Shown here: one piece after another, positions 26,009 to 35,495 of the stretch | Layout: the number at the start of each line of letters is the position of its first letter | How positions within the stretch are numbered: position 1 is the first letter of the stretch | From: a bacterium | Lineage (GTDB): Bacteria; Patescibacteriota; Patescibacteriia; UBA9934; GWF2-40-263 | Assembly (NCBI GenBank): GCA_021789915.1 | Contig: JAJYIV010000001.1 | Location: forward strand, 375-64,374 | Length of the DNA stretch: 64,000 bases | Reading direction: 5' to 3' | Program-made: the position numbers and the translations under genes | Notes under the pieces: model-generated | The model's input: the letters and a program-made list of their open reading frames with translations, nothing else | What the model was told of the DNA's origin: nothing | Database searches by the model: none

Positions 26009-29000
26009 TTACTCCTCCTTCCGCCCCGACTCCACATTCTGCCGGCCCACCACGGACGCAATCTGGTCCAACGTGTCCGGCGACACGGAGACGCGATAGT
26101 CCGTCTCGATCCGACGCAGCCGCCCGCCCGCTTCCACAAGGAAGCAGACGCGCTCCGTCCCGGCGTTCGATTGGAAAATGGCGCGCAGCTTTTCGACCGT
26201 CTCCTGGCTTGGACGTCCGCGCAAAGCGATGGACAAGCCCCCGCGATGCATCAGCGCGGGCTTGGCCGGCGCCGCGGGAGCGGCATCGCCTCCGAACACG
26301 GGGCGCGCGGCACGCGCGGGCGACTCGCTCGGCGATCCCTGCCCGGCCGTCGCTCCTGGCGCCCATTGGCCGTCGCGCAGCATGCGCTCGAGCGCCTCCG
26401 CATCATCCTCCCCGGCGATGACGAAGCTGTTGACGAGAAGCTTCACGTCGGCGGCGGCCGGCGCTTCCGTCTCGAATGCATCCGGCTCATCCGAGGGCTT
26501 CCGACGCCGCCCGCCGTTGGCGGACCGGTCGACTTTCGCCGACGCCAGGACGACTTTGTCCATCAAATCCACGCCCTTGTACTCGGCCCACGTGCGCGGA
26601 AAGGCAATGGCTTCCACGGACCCGCGCAGATCCTGCACCGTCAAGAAGGCCATCGTATCCCCCTTCTTCGTCAGGATTTCTTTGACGGACGCCACCACGC
26701 CGCCGACTTTCACGAATTGCCCGTCCGGCACTTTTGCGAGACCGCTGCAAGGGACAAGAAAGGCGCCGAGGCGTCTGGCGTATTCCGCAAACGGATGCGA
26801 CGAAACGTACAGCCCGAGCAATTCCTTCTCCCACGCCAGGCGCTCCGCCATTCGGGCCGGCGGACACGGTTTCAGCGACAGCGCCGCCGCCCCCGCGTCC
26901 GCCGGGGCCAGGGAAAAGAGGCTCGCCTGGTTCTGCTCGCGCTCGCGCTGCGCCGCCTTGTTATAGAGCAGGACGCGATCCATGTTGGCGAGCAGCTGCG
27001 CGCGCTCGCCGAAACGGTCCATGGCCCCGGCCTTGATGAGCGACTCAAGCGCCTTCTTGTTGAAGGCCTTGTGATGCATGCGGCGCGCGAAATCCGCCAG
27101 GTCGGCGAACGGACCGTTCTGCGTGCGCTCCGCGACGATGGCGCGCACGACTTCGCCGCCCAGGTTCTTGATCGCCACCAGCCCGAAGCGGATCGACGCG
27201 TCCGACATGCAGGTGAACGTCTCGTAGGATTCGTTGACGTCCGGCGGCAGCACGCCGATCCCCAGGCGCTGGCACTCGTGCACGGCCTCGGCAACCGTTT
27301 CCAAATCGAAGGATTCGGCCGTCATGAGCGCCGTCATGTACTCGGCCGGATAATTCGCCTTCAAATACGCCGTCTCGTACGCGACCATGCCGTAGCTTGC
27401 GGCATGCGCCTTGTTGAATCCGTACGCCGCGAACGGCTCGATCAGCTTCCACAGCTCCTGCGCCGTCTTCTCGTCCATGCCGTTCGCAAGGAATCCCTGG
27501 TGCAGCTTTTCCTTCTGCGCCTGCATCTCCTCCGGGATCTTCTTGCCCATGGCCTTGCGCAGCTTGTCGGCTTCCAGCCACGAGTAGCCGGCCAGCTTGA
27601 TCGAGATGAGCATGACGTCGTCCTGGTACACGATGACGCCGTAGGTCGGCTCCAAAATCTCCTTGAGCCGCGGATCGAGGTAGCTGGCGAGCGACGGGTT
27701 GTTTTTGCGCTTGATATATTCCGGGATGGAATCGATCGGGCCGGGACGGTAGAGCGCCACCATGACCATGATGTCCTCGATGCGTTCCGGCTTCAGCTCC
27801 ATGAGGTATTTCGTCATCCCGTCGCCGTTCAGCTGGAACGTGCCCATGGTCTGGCCGGTAGAGAGCAGCTCGAAGGTTTTCCGGTCATCCACCGGCACGC
27901 GCTCGATGTCGACGTCCGCGCCCTTGAGCTTCTTGACGAGCTTCACGGCGTCCCCGATGATCGAAAGGTTGCGGATGCCGAGGAAGTCCATCTTCAGGAG
28001 GCCCGCCGCCTCGACGGACTTCATCTCGTACTGGGTGATGACCTTGCCCTCGCGCGTGTCGACCTGCAGCGGCGTGAAATCCGTGAGCGGCGACGGGGCG
28101 ATGACGGTGCCGGCGGCGTGGATGGACACGTGGCGCGCGCAGCCTTCGATCATGCGCGCGGCGTCGATCACGCGGCGGACGTCGGCGTCCGTGTCGTAGA
28201 GTTTCTTCAAGTCCGGGGTCTCCTCCAAGGCGCGCGCGAGCGTCATCGGGAAGCCCTGGCTGCCCATCGGCACCTGCTTGGCCACCCGGTCGGCGAACGC
28301 CGGCGGGAAGCCGAGCGCGCGGGCCGTGTCGCGCACGCTGCCGCGCGCCATCATGGTGCCGAACGTGCAGATCTGCGCCACCTTGTCGGCGCCGTACTTC
28401 TCCGTGACGTATCTGATCACCTCGTCGCGGCGGTTGTCGGCGAAGTCGCCGTCCACGTCCGGCGCGCTGGGGCGCTCCGGGTTGAGGAAGCGCTCGAACG
28501 GCAGGCGGTAGCGCAGCGGGTTGATGCTGGAGATGCCGATCGCGTAGCCGACCAGCGATCCGGCCGCCGAGCCGCGCGTGGTCGTGACGATGCCGTGGCG
28601 GCGCGACCACTCGATGTAGTCGGACACGATGAGGAAATACGGCGCGAAGCCTTTCTTCTCGATGACGGACAGCTCGTAATTGAGGCGGTCCACGACCGTC
28701 TGGTCCACGGCGTCGACTTTATCCTTGATCTCGGCGAACGCGCGCGCACGCAACACGTCGAGAAAGGTCTTACCTTCCGGGATCTTGTAGTCGGCGAAAT
28801 TCCACGCGCCCAATTTCAAGTCCACGCGGCAGCGGTCCGCGATGCGGCGCGTGTTCTCGATCGCCTCCGGCACGTCCTTGAAACGCTCCTCCATGTCCTC
28901 CGCCGAGACGAGCGAAGCGTCGTACTCGTACGGCTGCAGGCGTTCGAAATCCTCCAGCGTCTTGCCGCCCTTGATGCAGTTGAGGATCTTCCAGCCCTCG

Positions 29001-29650
29001 ACGTCCGACGGGTGCAGGTAGAAGGCGTTCTTGGTTGCCACCACGGGCACGCCAAGTTCGCGGCCGAGCTCGATCAGCTGCGCGTTCACGGCTTCCTGCT
29101 CCGGGATCTCCGGACGGTCGACGAGCTCCAGGAAGAAATGCTCCGCGCCGAAAATCTCGAGATATTCGCGGACCAGCCGGCGCGCCTCGTCCTTGGCGCC
29201 GTGCGCGAGCTGTTCCTCGATTTCGCCTTGGTGGCCGCCGGAGAGCGCGATCAGCCCCGAGGCATGCGCGCGCAGAATCTCTTTGTCGATGCGCGGCTTG
29301 TAGTAAAAGCCCTCCAGGAAACCGATGGACGACAGCTTCACCAGGTTCCTGTAGCCTTCGTTGTTTTCCGCCAGCAGCACCAGGCGGTTGGGCCTGGTGT
29401 CGATGCGCGCGCGTTTTTGCCGGCGGCCGTCGCGGGCGAGATAGGCGTCCATGCCAAGGATCGGGTTGAGCTCCGCCTCCTTCGCTTTTTGATAGAACTC
29501 GATGGCGCCGTAGAGGACGCCGTTGTCCGTGAGCGCCAGGGCGTCCATGTCCATCTTTTTTGCCTGCTTAATCAAGGCCTTGACCTTGGGCAGGGCCTCA
29601 AGCAGCGAGTAGTGGCTATGGACGTGCAGGTGTACGAAACGGGACGGCAT
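26009..29650 (-). CDS. dnaE: DNA polymerase III subunit alpha
   Basis: 1213 aa. PHP domain N-terminus HLHVHSHYSLL, polymerase core, OB-fold and C-terminal tail. Confidence 0.95.
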   Translation of the reverse strand: MPSRFVHLHVHSHYSLLEALPKVKALIKQAKKMDMDALALTDNGVLYGAIEFYQKAKEAELNPILGMDAYLARDGRRQKRARIDTRPNRLVLLAENNEGYRNLVKLSSIGFLEGFYYKPRIDKEILRAHASGLIALSGGHQGEIEEQLAHGAKDEARRLVREYLEIFGAEHFFLELVDRPEIPEQEAVNAQLIELGRELGVPVVATKNAFYLHPSDVEGWKILNCIKGGKTLEDFERLQPYEYDASLVSAEDMEERFKDVPEAIENTRRIADRCRVDLKLGAWNFADYKIPEGKTFLDVLRARAFAEIKDKVDAVDQTVVDRLNYELSVIEKKGFAPYFLIVSDYIEWSRRHGIVTTTRGSAAGSLVGYAIGISSINPLRYRLPFERFLNPERPSAPDVDGDFADNRRDEVIRYVTEKYGADKVAQICTFGTMMARGSVRDTARALGFPPAFADRVAKQVPMGSQGFPMTLARALEETPDLKKLYDTDADVRRVIDAARMIEGCARHVSIHAAGTVIAPSPLTDFTPLQVDTREGKVITQYEMKSVEAAGLLKMDFLGIRNLSIIGDAVKLVKKLKGADVDIERVPVDDRKTFELLSTGQTMGTFQLNGDGMTKYLMELKPERIEDIMVMVALYRPGPIDSIPEYIKRKNNPSLASYLDPRLKEILEPTYGVIVYQDDVMLISIKLAGYSWLEADKLRKAMGKKIPEEMQAQKEKLHQGFLANGMDEKTAQELWKLIEPFAAYGFNKAHAASYGMVAYETAYLKANYPAEYMTALMTAESFDLETVAEAVHECQRLGIGVLPPDVNESYETFTCMSDASIRFGLVAIKNLGGEVVRAIVAERTQNGPFADLADFARRMHHKAFNKKALESLIKAGAMDRFGERAQLLANMDRVLLYNKAAQREREQNQASLFSLAPADAGAAALSLKPCPPARMAERLAWEKELLGLYVSSHPFAEYARRLGAFLVPCSGLAKVPDGQFVKVGGVVASVKEILTKKGDTMAFLTVQDLRGSVEAIAFPRTWAEYKGVDLMDKVVLASAKVDRSANGGRRRKPSDEPDAFETEAPAAADVKLLVNSFVIAGEDDAEALERMLRDGQWAPGATAGQGSPSESPARAARPVFGGDAAPAAPAKPALMHRGGLSIALRGRPSQETVEKLRAIFQSNAGTERVCFLVEAGGRLRRIETDYRVSVSPDTLDQIASVVGRQNVESGRKEE

Positions 29651-29656
29651 GGGGAA

Positions 29657-29725
29657 GCGTCTTTAGGCGTTAGGCGTGATCCCTTGCCTAACGGCTAACA
29701 GCTAAAGGCTAACGGTTGGAGAATA
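29657..29725. repeat. R4 hairpin element directly upstream of the dnaE start codon
   Basis: In gene orientation: CCGTTAGCCTTTAGCTGTTAGCCGTTAGG..CACGCCTAACGCCTAAAGA, then 10 nt, then ATG. Same arm sequences and placement as the dcd copy. Confidence 0.6.
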
Positions 29726-29767
29726 ACATCGCCGGCCGCCGGACGGAAGCAGCATGCAGGCGACACG

Positions 29768-30439
29768 TCAGCGCAAGGTAAGGACCTGTATGAGTCCGTC
29801 GTCGAAGTACCAGTCCCCGCCGCCGTTGAATCCCCAAAGCGTCGGATAACCGATGCGCGCCGTGGTCTCGGTCTGGACCGTCCCGGCATCCGCAAGCGTC
29901 CGCGCGGCGAAATCCCGCTCTCCATCGACATTCGGCGAAACGTGGTGCGTCGGCAACGCCGTCGTCCCGCTCAGCTCGATGCCCGAGTCATAGGAGGCCG
30001 AGCCGATCCACAGCGGCTTGCCCGATACGAGCATGGTCGTCCGCCAAAGCCGCACGTGATGCCGTTCACGCGCCGAGCCGGCAGGCAGCTCGAACGCCAA
30101 ATCCTGCACGCGGCCGAACAGGCGCAAGTCGCTCACGGGCGCCGAGGGATAGGGGGCGTCCAAGGCGCTCGCCGCCGCCATCTTCAAGGCGCTCGCCGCC
30201 GTGACGGGTTCGGGGACCAGCCAGCGCGCGGCGTGAAAGGCACGAATGATGGATGCCTCATCCCCGACGAAGGCGACGTTGACCGGATCTCCCGCGTGGC
30301 CGAAGGAAGCCGTCGTCGCGACAGGGAGCGACGAAAAAAGAGGGCTGGGCCGCATGAGCCATGCGAAGGCCAGCGCCCCCGCGGACGCGCACGTCGCGAC
30401 GAGGAGCAGGATGCTGCGCGCCCGAAGTCTTTTAAACAT
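29768..30439 (-). CDS. LssY C-terminal domain-like exported protein
   Basis: Start at MFKRLRARSILLLVATCASAGALAFA (signal peptide/TM). Alternative start 30466. Confidence 0.5.
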   Translation of the reverse strand: MFKRLRARSILLLVATCASAGALAFAWLMRPSPLFSSLPVATTASFGHAGDPVNVAFVGDEASIIRAFHAARWLVPEPVTAASALKMAAASALDAPYPSAPVSDLRLFGRVQDLAFELPAGSARERHHVRLWRTTMLVSGKPLWIGSASYDSGIELSGTTALPTHHVSPNVDGERDFAARTLADAGTVQTETTARIGYPTLWGFNGGGDWYFDDGLIQVLTLR

Positions 30440-30575
30440 ACGCGAACCGCGCTTGAAAGATAGCATCGCGGGCCGCGGGACGGAAGGCGGCGCGAGGACG
30501 TCCCCTTCTTGACGCGGCGAGGGCGGCATGATTGTCTGCAGACACGCGGACCGTGACGGTTCTCCGGAGGAATCC

Positions 30576-30929
30576 ATGGACCTCTTCTGGAACATCGCCT
30601 GGGGTTCACTCCCCGTTCTGTACGTCGGCCTGATCGCGTACCGCATCTTCGTCCGCGGTCCACGCGTCGAACGAGAGCGGATCGTCCTCAACGGTCTTTT
30701 GGACGGTCGGAAACGGACGGAGCAGCAAATCATCGCCTTCGTCGTCGACTGGCATGAGATGGAGGCGGGGAAAAAGAGGATGCGGCCGAAACACGCGTGG
30801 CCGGCGCGTCCCGTCCTGCGGCGGTTGGAAGGCAAGAATGCCGTCCGACGCATCCGCCGGAACGGGCGCGACGTCTACCGCCTCGGCCCCGCCGGCAAGC
30901 TGGTGCACGCGCAATCGTTCGACCTCTGA
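30576..30929 (+). CDS. hypothetical small protein (N-terminal TM, basic C-terminus)
   Basis: Start at MDLFWNIAWG after GGAGG. Confidence 0.45.
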   Translation: MDLFWNIAWGSLPVLYVGLIAYRIFVRGPRVERERIVLNGLLDGRKRTEQQIIAFVVDWHEMEAGKKRMRPKHAWPARPVLRRLEGKNAVRRIRRNGRDVYRLGPAGKLVHAQSFDL

Positions 30930-30979
30930 CGCCTCCCCGGCGTCTTTTTTCTTCCAGACGCGAAGAAAATCCCGCCCTC

Positions 30980-31570
30980 TCAAGGCGAGGGGCGGGCGTG
31001 GCGGCGGGCGGCGGCGCGCGCCATGTGCAGGCGGCGCAGCGGATCGAAGACGCGGCGCTTGAACGCCGGGGACAGCAGGGCGCCGACGGCAAGCACCGTG
31101 CCGGGCAGATGGCGCAGGCGGGCGAAGAACGGGCGGCCCATGGCCGAGTCGAACGCGACAGGCTCGACGCGCGCGTTCGGCAAGAGGAAGCGGCACAGGA
31201 TCCGCACGCGGTCCTGCCGCGCGTACTCGCAGAAGACGACGGCTCTGACTTCCCGTCCCTCGCACCGGACCAGCCCCTCAAGGTTCCCCAGGAGATCCGT
31301 CCCCTCGATATGCTTGACGAGGAAGCGGTCCGGCTCAACCCTGTTGAGATCCAGCAGCCAGCGTACGGCCCGCTCCATTTCGGCCGCCTCGGTCACCGAA
31401 GGCCGCATCGGATCGGTCGCGCCGCCGGCGAGATACAGACGCAGCGGGCCGGGCGCGCGTCTGGCAATGCGCACGACGCGAGAAAGGTATCGGAGGGAAA
31501 GCTCGTCCGACATGATGTCCAAAGGGACACCGTATCCGTTCACGCAAAAGACCGCAGGCAGCGCATCCAT
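30980..31570 (-). CDS. hypothetical protein, DUF218/YdcF-like
   Basis: Pattern AVFCVNGYG ... LYLAGGATD loosely fits the DUF218 Rossmann-like fold. Confidence 0.4.
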   Translation of the reverse strand: MDALPAVFCVNGYGVPLDIMSDELSLRYLSRVVRIARRAPGPLRLYLAGGATDPMRPSVTEAAEMERAVRWLLDLNRVEPDRFLVKHIEGTDLLGNLEGLVRCEGREVRAVVFCEYARQDRVRILCRFLLPNARVEPVAFDSAMGRPFFARLRHLPGTVLAVGALLSPAFKRRVFDPLRRLHMARAAARRHARPSP

Positions 31571-31837
31571 GGCGTCCTCCTGCCCATATTTCACGCTGCC
31601 CGGCTCATGGCGTCAAGCCTTTGCATGCCGTCAAAATCCTTTGTTGAACAAACTTTTTGGGTTCTCTGCTTGAACACGATTTGTCCCCATGAGGTCATCA
31701 ACGCGCCGAGCGCACTTGATGAATTCACGTGTTCATGACAAGATAAAGCCCGTCCGTGCAATAATGGTTTCGGAGGAAGAGGGGATGAAAGACTTTGCAC
31801 CGCAGGCAGGTTTTCAAAAATTCTAATCATTTATCCT

Positions 31838-32059
31838 ATGACAAAGGTCAAGGACCATACGCAGAGCAAGCTGGCGGAGAATATCAAAAAGCACCGAGCC
31901 AAGCTCGGCATTTCGCAAGACAAGCTGTCCAAGCTGGCAGATGTCACCTACAACACCATCATCAAGCTCGAATCCGGGGCAAATGAGAATCCGACCATTA
32001 CGACCCTGCTGAAAATCGCGCTGGCGCTCAATACCGGCGTGGACGAACTGATCAAGTAA
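31838..32059 (+). CDS. XRE-family helix-turn-helix transcriptional regulator
   Basis: 73 aa. Classic Cro/C1 HTH (QSKLAENIKKHRAKLGISQDKLSKLADVTYNTIIKLESG). GC much lower (about 50%) than its surroundings. Confidence 0.75.
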   Translation: MTKVKDHTQSKLAENIKKHRAKLGISQDKLSKLADVTYNTIIKLESGANENPTITTLLKIALALNTGVDELIK

Positions 32060-32081
32060 AACCGCCGGAAGGCGGTTTTCT
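32060..32081. terminator. bidirectional terminator hairpin
   Basis: AAACCGCCGGAAGGCGGTTTT between convergent genes. Confidence 0.6.
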
Positions 32082-32083
32082 CT

Positions 32084-32434
32084 TCAGGCTTGATCTTCTT
32101 CGTCTTCCATCACGTCCTGAAGACGGCGGCGGGCTGGCAGGCGGCGGCGCGCCTGGACGATCTGGTCTTTTTTCTCGTGGGCGTACTCGATGACGCCCTT
32201 CAGTCCTTCCACCAGGAGCGTCGTCATGGACGTCAGGCTTTCAAAACGGCTCTTCATGGCCGTAATGGCGCTTTCGATGCGCGCGATCTTCTCCTGCGCC
32301 ATCTCCAGCGTATCGTTGACGCTGCGCAAGATGCTGCCCAGCTGCCAGATGAGCCAGAACACGGCGACGGAGAGCCACAGCGCGCAGAACGCCAGCACGA
32401 TGTATAGGATATCGAGCGGGGTAAATGATGGCAT
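32084..32434 (-). CDS. DUF948-like small membrane protein
   Basis: 116 aa. N-terminal TM helix, then coiled-coil. Confidence 0.55.
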   Translation of the reverse strand: MPSFTPLDILYIVLAFCALWLSVAVFWLIWQLGSILRSVNDTLEMAQEKIARIESAITAMKSRFESLTSMTTLLVEGLKGVIEYAHEKKDQIVQARRRLPARRRLQDVMEDEEDQA

Positions 32435-32448
32435 ATCCTCCTTGAAAA

Positions 32449-32642
32449 TGAAGCGAGCCGAAGGCGAGCGATTCTACGGAAAACGTAGAACGTAGAATCG
32501 CTCGTCACGGTTGGGGCCGAACTCGCTCGTAGAAACGACGCGGACGAGACGCTTCTACGAGCGAGCCGAAGGCGAGCGGTTCTACGTCTTCTACGTTCTA
32601 CGAGCCCGCCGCAGCCGGGCGATTCCACGTCTTCTACGTCCG
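32449..32642 (+). repeat. R1 element copy 2
   Basis: Same core as the other R1 copies. Its terminal TTCTACG motif provides the TAG stop codon of pheT. Confidence 0.8.
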
Positions 32643-35072
32643 CATCATAGCATGGAATCGCGACGCAAGCACGTCGCGCAGCTTTCGCATCTCCGTCTCG
32701 ACGTCATCCGAAGACAGCGTGCGGTCGGCGGCACGGAAGACGAGATGCAGGGCGAGCGACTTCTGCCCCGCAGGCACGCCTTCGCCCTCGTACACGTCGA
32801 ACAGCGCGACCTCGTGCAGCAGCGGCGACGCCTCCCGCAGCGCCTGTTCGACGCGGGCGTATTCGATCTTGCGGTCCACGACGAACGCAAGATCGCGCTT
32901 GCTCTCCGGGAACGCCGGGATGGGCCGGTACGCCGTCGACGAGGACGCGTGGCGCACCAGACGGTCGAACGACGCGTCGACCAGGAACGCCGGCTGCTCG
33001 AGCCCGAACGCCGCCGCCGTGGCGCGGGACACCTGCCCGATCATGCCGACATGCTCGTGCTCGCCGATCCACACGGCCGCCGAGCGCATGCGGTGCCAGC
33101 GCGGATCGTCCGTGCCCGAGGCCAGGCGTTCCATCCGCAGCGTGCGGATGCCGAGCGCCGCGGCGAGGCGCTCCAGGGCGCCCTTCGCGCGGCGGAATCC
33201 AACGTCCCCGTCGACGCCGGCGAAGGCCATCGCGAGGCGCAGCGTCTGCGCCGGCAATTCGTCCTTCGACGGCTCATACGCGGGCGCCAGCTCGAACAAA
33301 TCCAGGCGCGGCTGACGGCGCTGGTTGGCCTCGACGACCGTGAGCAGCGACGGGACGAGCGACGGGCGCATGAATTCCTGGTCCGCCGACAGCGGGTTGT
33401 CGATCTTCACGGCCAGATCCGTCGACAGGCCGTAGCGTTCCAATTGCCTGGCCGAGACGAAACTGGAGTTATAGCTCTCCGTCAAGCCCGCGCCGGCCAG
33501 GATCTCCTTCGTCCGGCGCTCCCAGCCGATGAGCGGATCCGCCGGCGCGGCGGCGGCCGTGCTGCACGGCAGCGTGGACGGAATATGGGCGTAGCCGTAC
33601 AGACGGGCGATCTCCTCGACGAAGTCGCGCGGACCTTCGATGTCGTGGTCGCGCCAATACGGCACGGTGCAGCGATAGACGCGGCCTCTCCCTTTTTCCA
33701 AGGGGGAGTCGGATGGGGTTGCCGGCGCCAGCGCGAACCCGAGGCGCTTCAGGAGCGCGACCTGTTCCTTGGCGGGGATTTCCACGCCTATGAGCGCCGA
33801 GGCCTTCTGCGGATCAAACGGGAAGGCGGGCGTCTGATACGGCTTGGTTTCGATCGAGGAAACCTGCGAGGCCACGCGCGCGCCGGCCACGGTGCGCAGC
33901 AATTCGACCGCGCGGGCCAGCGCCGGGCCGGCCGCTTGCGCGGACAGGCCCTTTTCAAACAGCGACGACGCGTCGGTTTGCAGGTTGAGCGCGCGGGCCG
34001 TTCGGCGGATGCTCACCGGATCGAAGACGGCCGACTCGAGCACGACGCGCGTCGTCGCGGCGGTCGTGCCGCTCGCCCGGCCGCCGATCACGCCGGCGAT
34101 CGCCGCGGGCTTGTCGCGGTCGGCGATCACGAGCATGTCCGGCGTGAGCGCGTGGGTTTTCCCGTCCAGAGCCTCGATCGATTCCCCCGCCCGCGCGCGG
34201 CGCACGAAGATGCCGGCTCCGGCGAGCGCACCCGCGTCGAAGGCGTGCAGCGGATGGCCGAGCTCGAGCAGGACGTAGTTCGTAACGTCCACGACGTTGT
34301 TGATCGGCGCATGGCCCGCCAAGAGCAGCGCGCGCTGCAGCCACCACGGCGACGGGCCGACCTTGACGTGATCCAGCACCACGGCCTCGTACTTGGGCGC
34401 GAGCTCCGGCGCGTCCACCGTGACCGGCAGCGTCGGCACGTCGGCCGGGACGGCCGGCAGGCGCTTGGGCTTCCACGTGAACTTCCCGCCCACGGCGGCG
34501 AACCCTTCGCGCGCCTGGCCCACGATGCTCATGCCATCCGGGCGGTTGCCCGTGACTTCGATGTCCAGGATCACGTCGTTCAACCCCAAGGCGTCCGCGA
34601 GCGGCGTGCCCGCCTCGGCGCGCGTGAGCTTCGTCAGATCCCAAATCGGGCGCTCGCCTTCGAGCGCCAGGTCGAAGCCCAGCTCTTCGGGCGCGCAAAT
34701 CATGCCATGGCTCTTCTGTCCGCGGATTTCCGTCTCCTGCAGCACGACCGGCTCCCCTTCCCCGTGCCAGCGCACGGACGATCCCGGCAGGGCGACGGCG
34801 ACGCGCTGATTTTTTTTGAGATTGGTGCCGCCGCACACGATCTGCACCGCGGCCGTGCCGATGTCCACCCGGCAGACGCGCAGCTTGTCGGCGTTGGGAT
34901 GCTTCTCGACGGAATCAATCACGCCGACGACGATGTGGTCGAAGCGCGCGGCGACGTCTTCCATGCGCTCGACGCCGTTGCCGGCGGCCGTCGTGCGGCG
35001 CGCGAACTCCTCGACGGTCAGATCCGTCTTCAGGTATTCGCGGATCCAGTTGTAGGAGGCGAGGAGGTTCAT
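32634..35072 (-). CDS. pheT: phenylalanine--tRNA ligase beta subunit
   Basis: About 812 aa. N-terminal tRNA-binding domain, B3/B4, B5 (FDP..), and FDX-ACB C-terminus. ATGA overlap with the four-helix-bundle gene. Confidence 0.9.
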   Translation of the reverse strand: MNLLASYNWIREYLKTDLTVEEFARRTTAAGNGVERMEDVAARFDHIVVGVIDSVEKHPNADKLRVCRVDIGTAAVQIVCGGTNLKKNQRVAVALPGSSVRWHGEGEPVVLQETEIRGQKSHGMICAPEELGFDLALEGERPIWDLTKLTRAEAGTPLADALGLNDVILDIEVTGNRPDGMSIVGQAREGFAAVGGKFTWKPKRLPAVPADVPTLPVTVDAPELAPKYEAVVLDHVKVGPSPWWLQRALLLAGHAPINNVVDVTNYVLLELGHPLHAFDAGALAGAGIFVRRARAGESIEALDGKTHALTPDMLVIADRDKPAAIAGVIGGRASGTTAATTRVVLESAVFDPVSIRRTARALNLQTDASSLFEKGLSAQAAGPALARAVELLRTVAGARVASQVSSIETKPYQTPAFPFDPQKASALIGVEIPAKEQVALLKRLGFALAPATPSDSPLEKGRGRVYRCTVPYWRDHDIEGPRDFVEEIARLYGYAHIPSTLPCSTAAAAPADPLIGWERRTKEILAGAGLTESYNSSFVSARQLERYGLSTDLAVKIDNPLSADQEFMRPSLVPSLLTVVEANQRRQPRLDLFELAPAYEPSKDELPAQTLRLAMAFAGVDGDVGFRRAKGALERLAAALGIRTLRMERLASGTDDPRWHRMRSAAVWIGEHEHVGMIGQVSRATAAAFGLEQPAFLVDASFDRLVRHASSSTAYRPIPAFPESKRDLAFVVDRKIEYARVEQALREASPLLHEVALFDVYEGEGVPAGQKSLALHLVFRAADRTLSSDDVETEMRKLRDVLASRFHAMMRT

Positions 35073-35461
35073 AGGGGGCGGCATTCGGCGCTCGGCGCTC
35101 GGCGCTCGGATTCAAGAGAAGCAATGAGTCGATTGAGCATGCGCATCACGTCGTCGAGCAATCGAACGGAAGGTTCACCGTCCGACGTTTGGATGAAAGC
35201 AAGTCGTGTCGCGATGAGCAATTGCGTTTCGAGTTCCCCACCGGATCCAAAGGCGATAAGGAGAAACCTACGAAATTCAAAAGGGCTTCCCCGAAGTTTC
35301 CCCTCCGCGATATTTGAAGGAATGGAAATGGCCGACCGACGCATCTGGCTTGCCAAGCCGTATCGTTCCTCTTGGGGGAAAGACGATGTCACGCGATAAA
35401 TCTCCAAAGACAAGGCAACGGACTTCTGCCATACGTCCAAATCCTTGTACGTGTTCCCCAT
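35069..35461 (-). CDS. four-helix-bundle protein (23S rRNA intervening-sequence protein family) inserted between pheS and pheT
   Basis: Start at MGNTYKDLDVWQKS. Family signature DL.VWQKS...YR....FP.EE.Y.L.SQ.RRSA.SI..NIAEG. Local GC about 50%. Confidence 0.7.
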   Translation of the reverse strand: MGNTYKDLDVWQKSVALSLEIYRVTSSFPQEERYGLASQMRRSAISIPSNIAEGKLRGSPFEFRRFLLIAFGSGGELETQLLIATRLAFIQTSDGEPSVRLLDDVMRMLNRLIASLESERRAPSAECRPL

Positions 35462-35495
35462 ACCGAGAGCCGAAAGCCGAGTGCCGAGCGCCTTT

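Noticed and set aside
25886-29698. 1270-aa + strand ORF
   Set aside because: Antisense to dnaE. Arg/Gly/Ala-rich with no recognisable domains.
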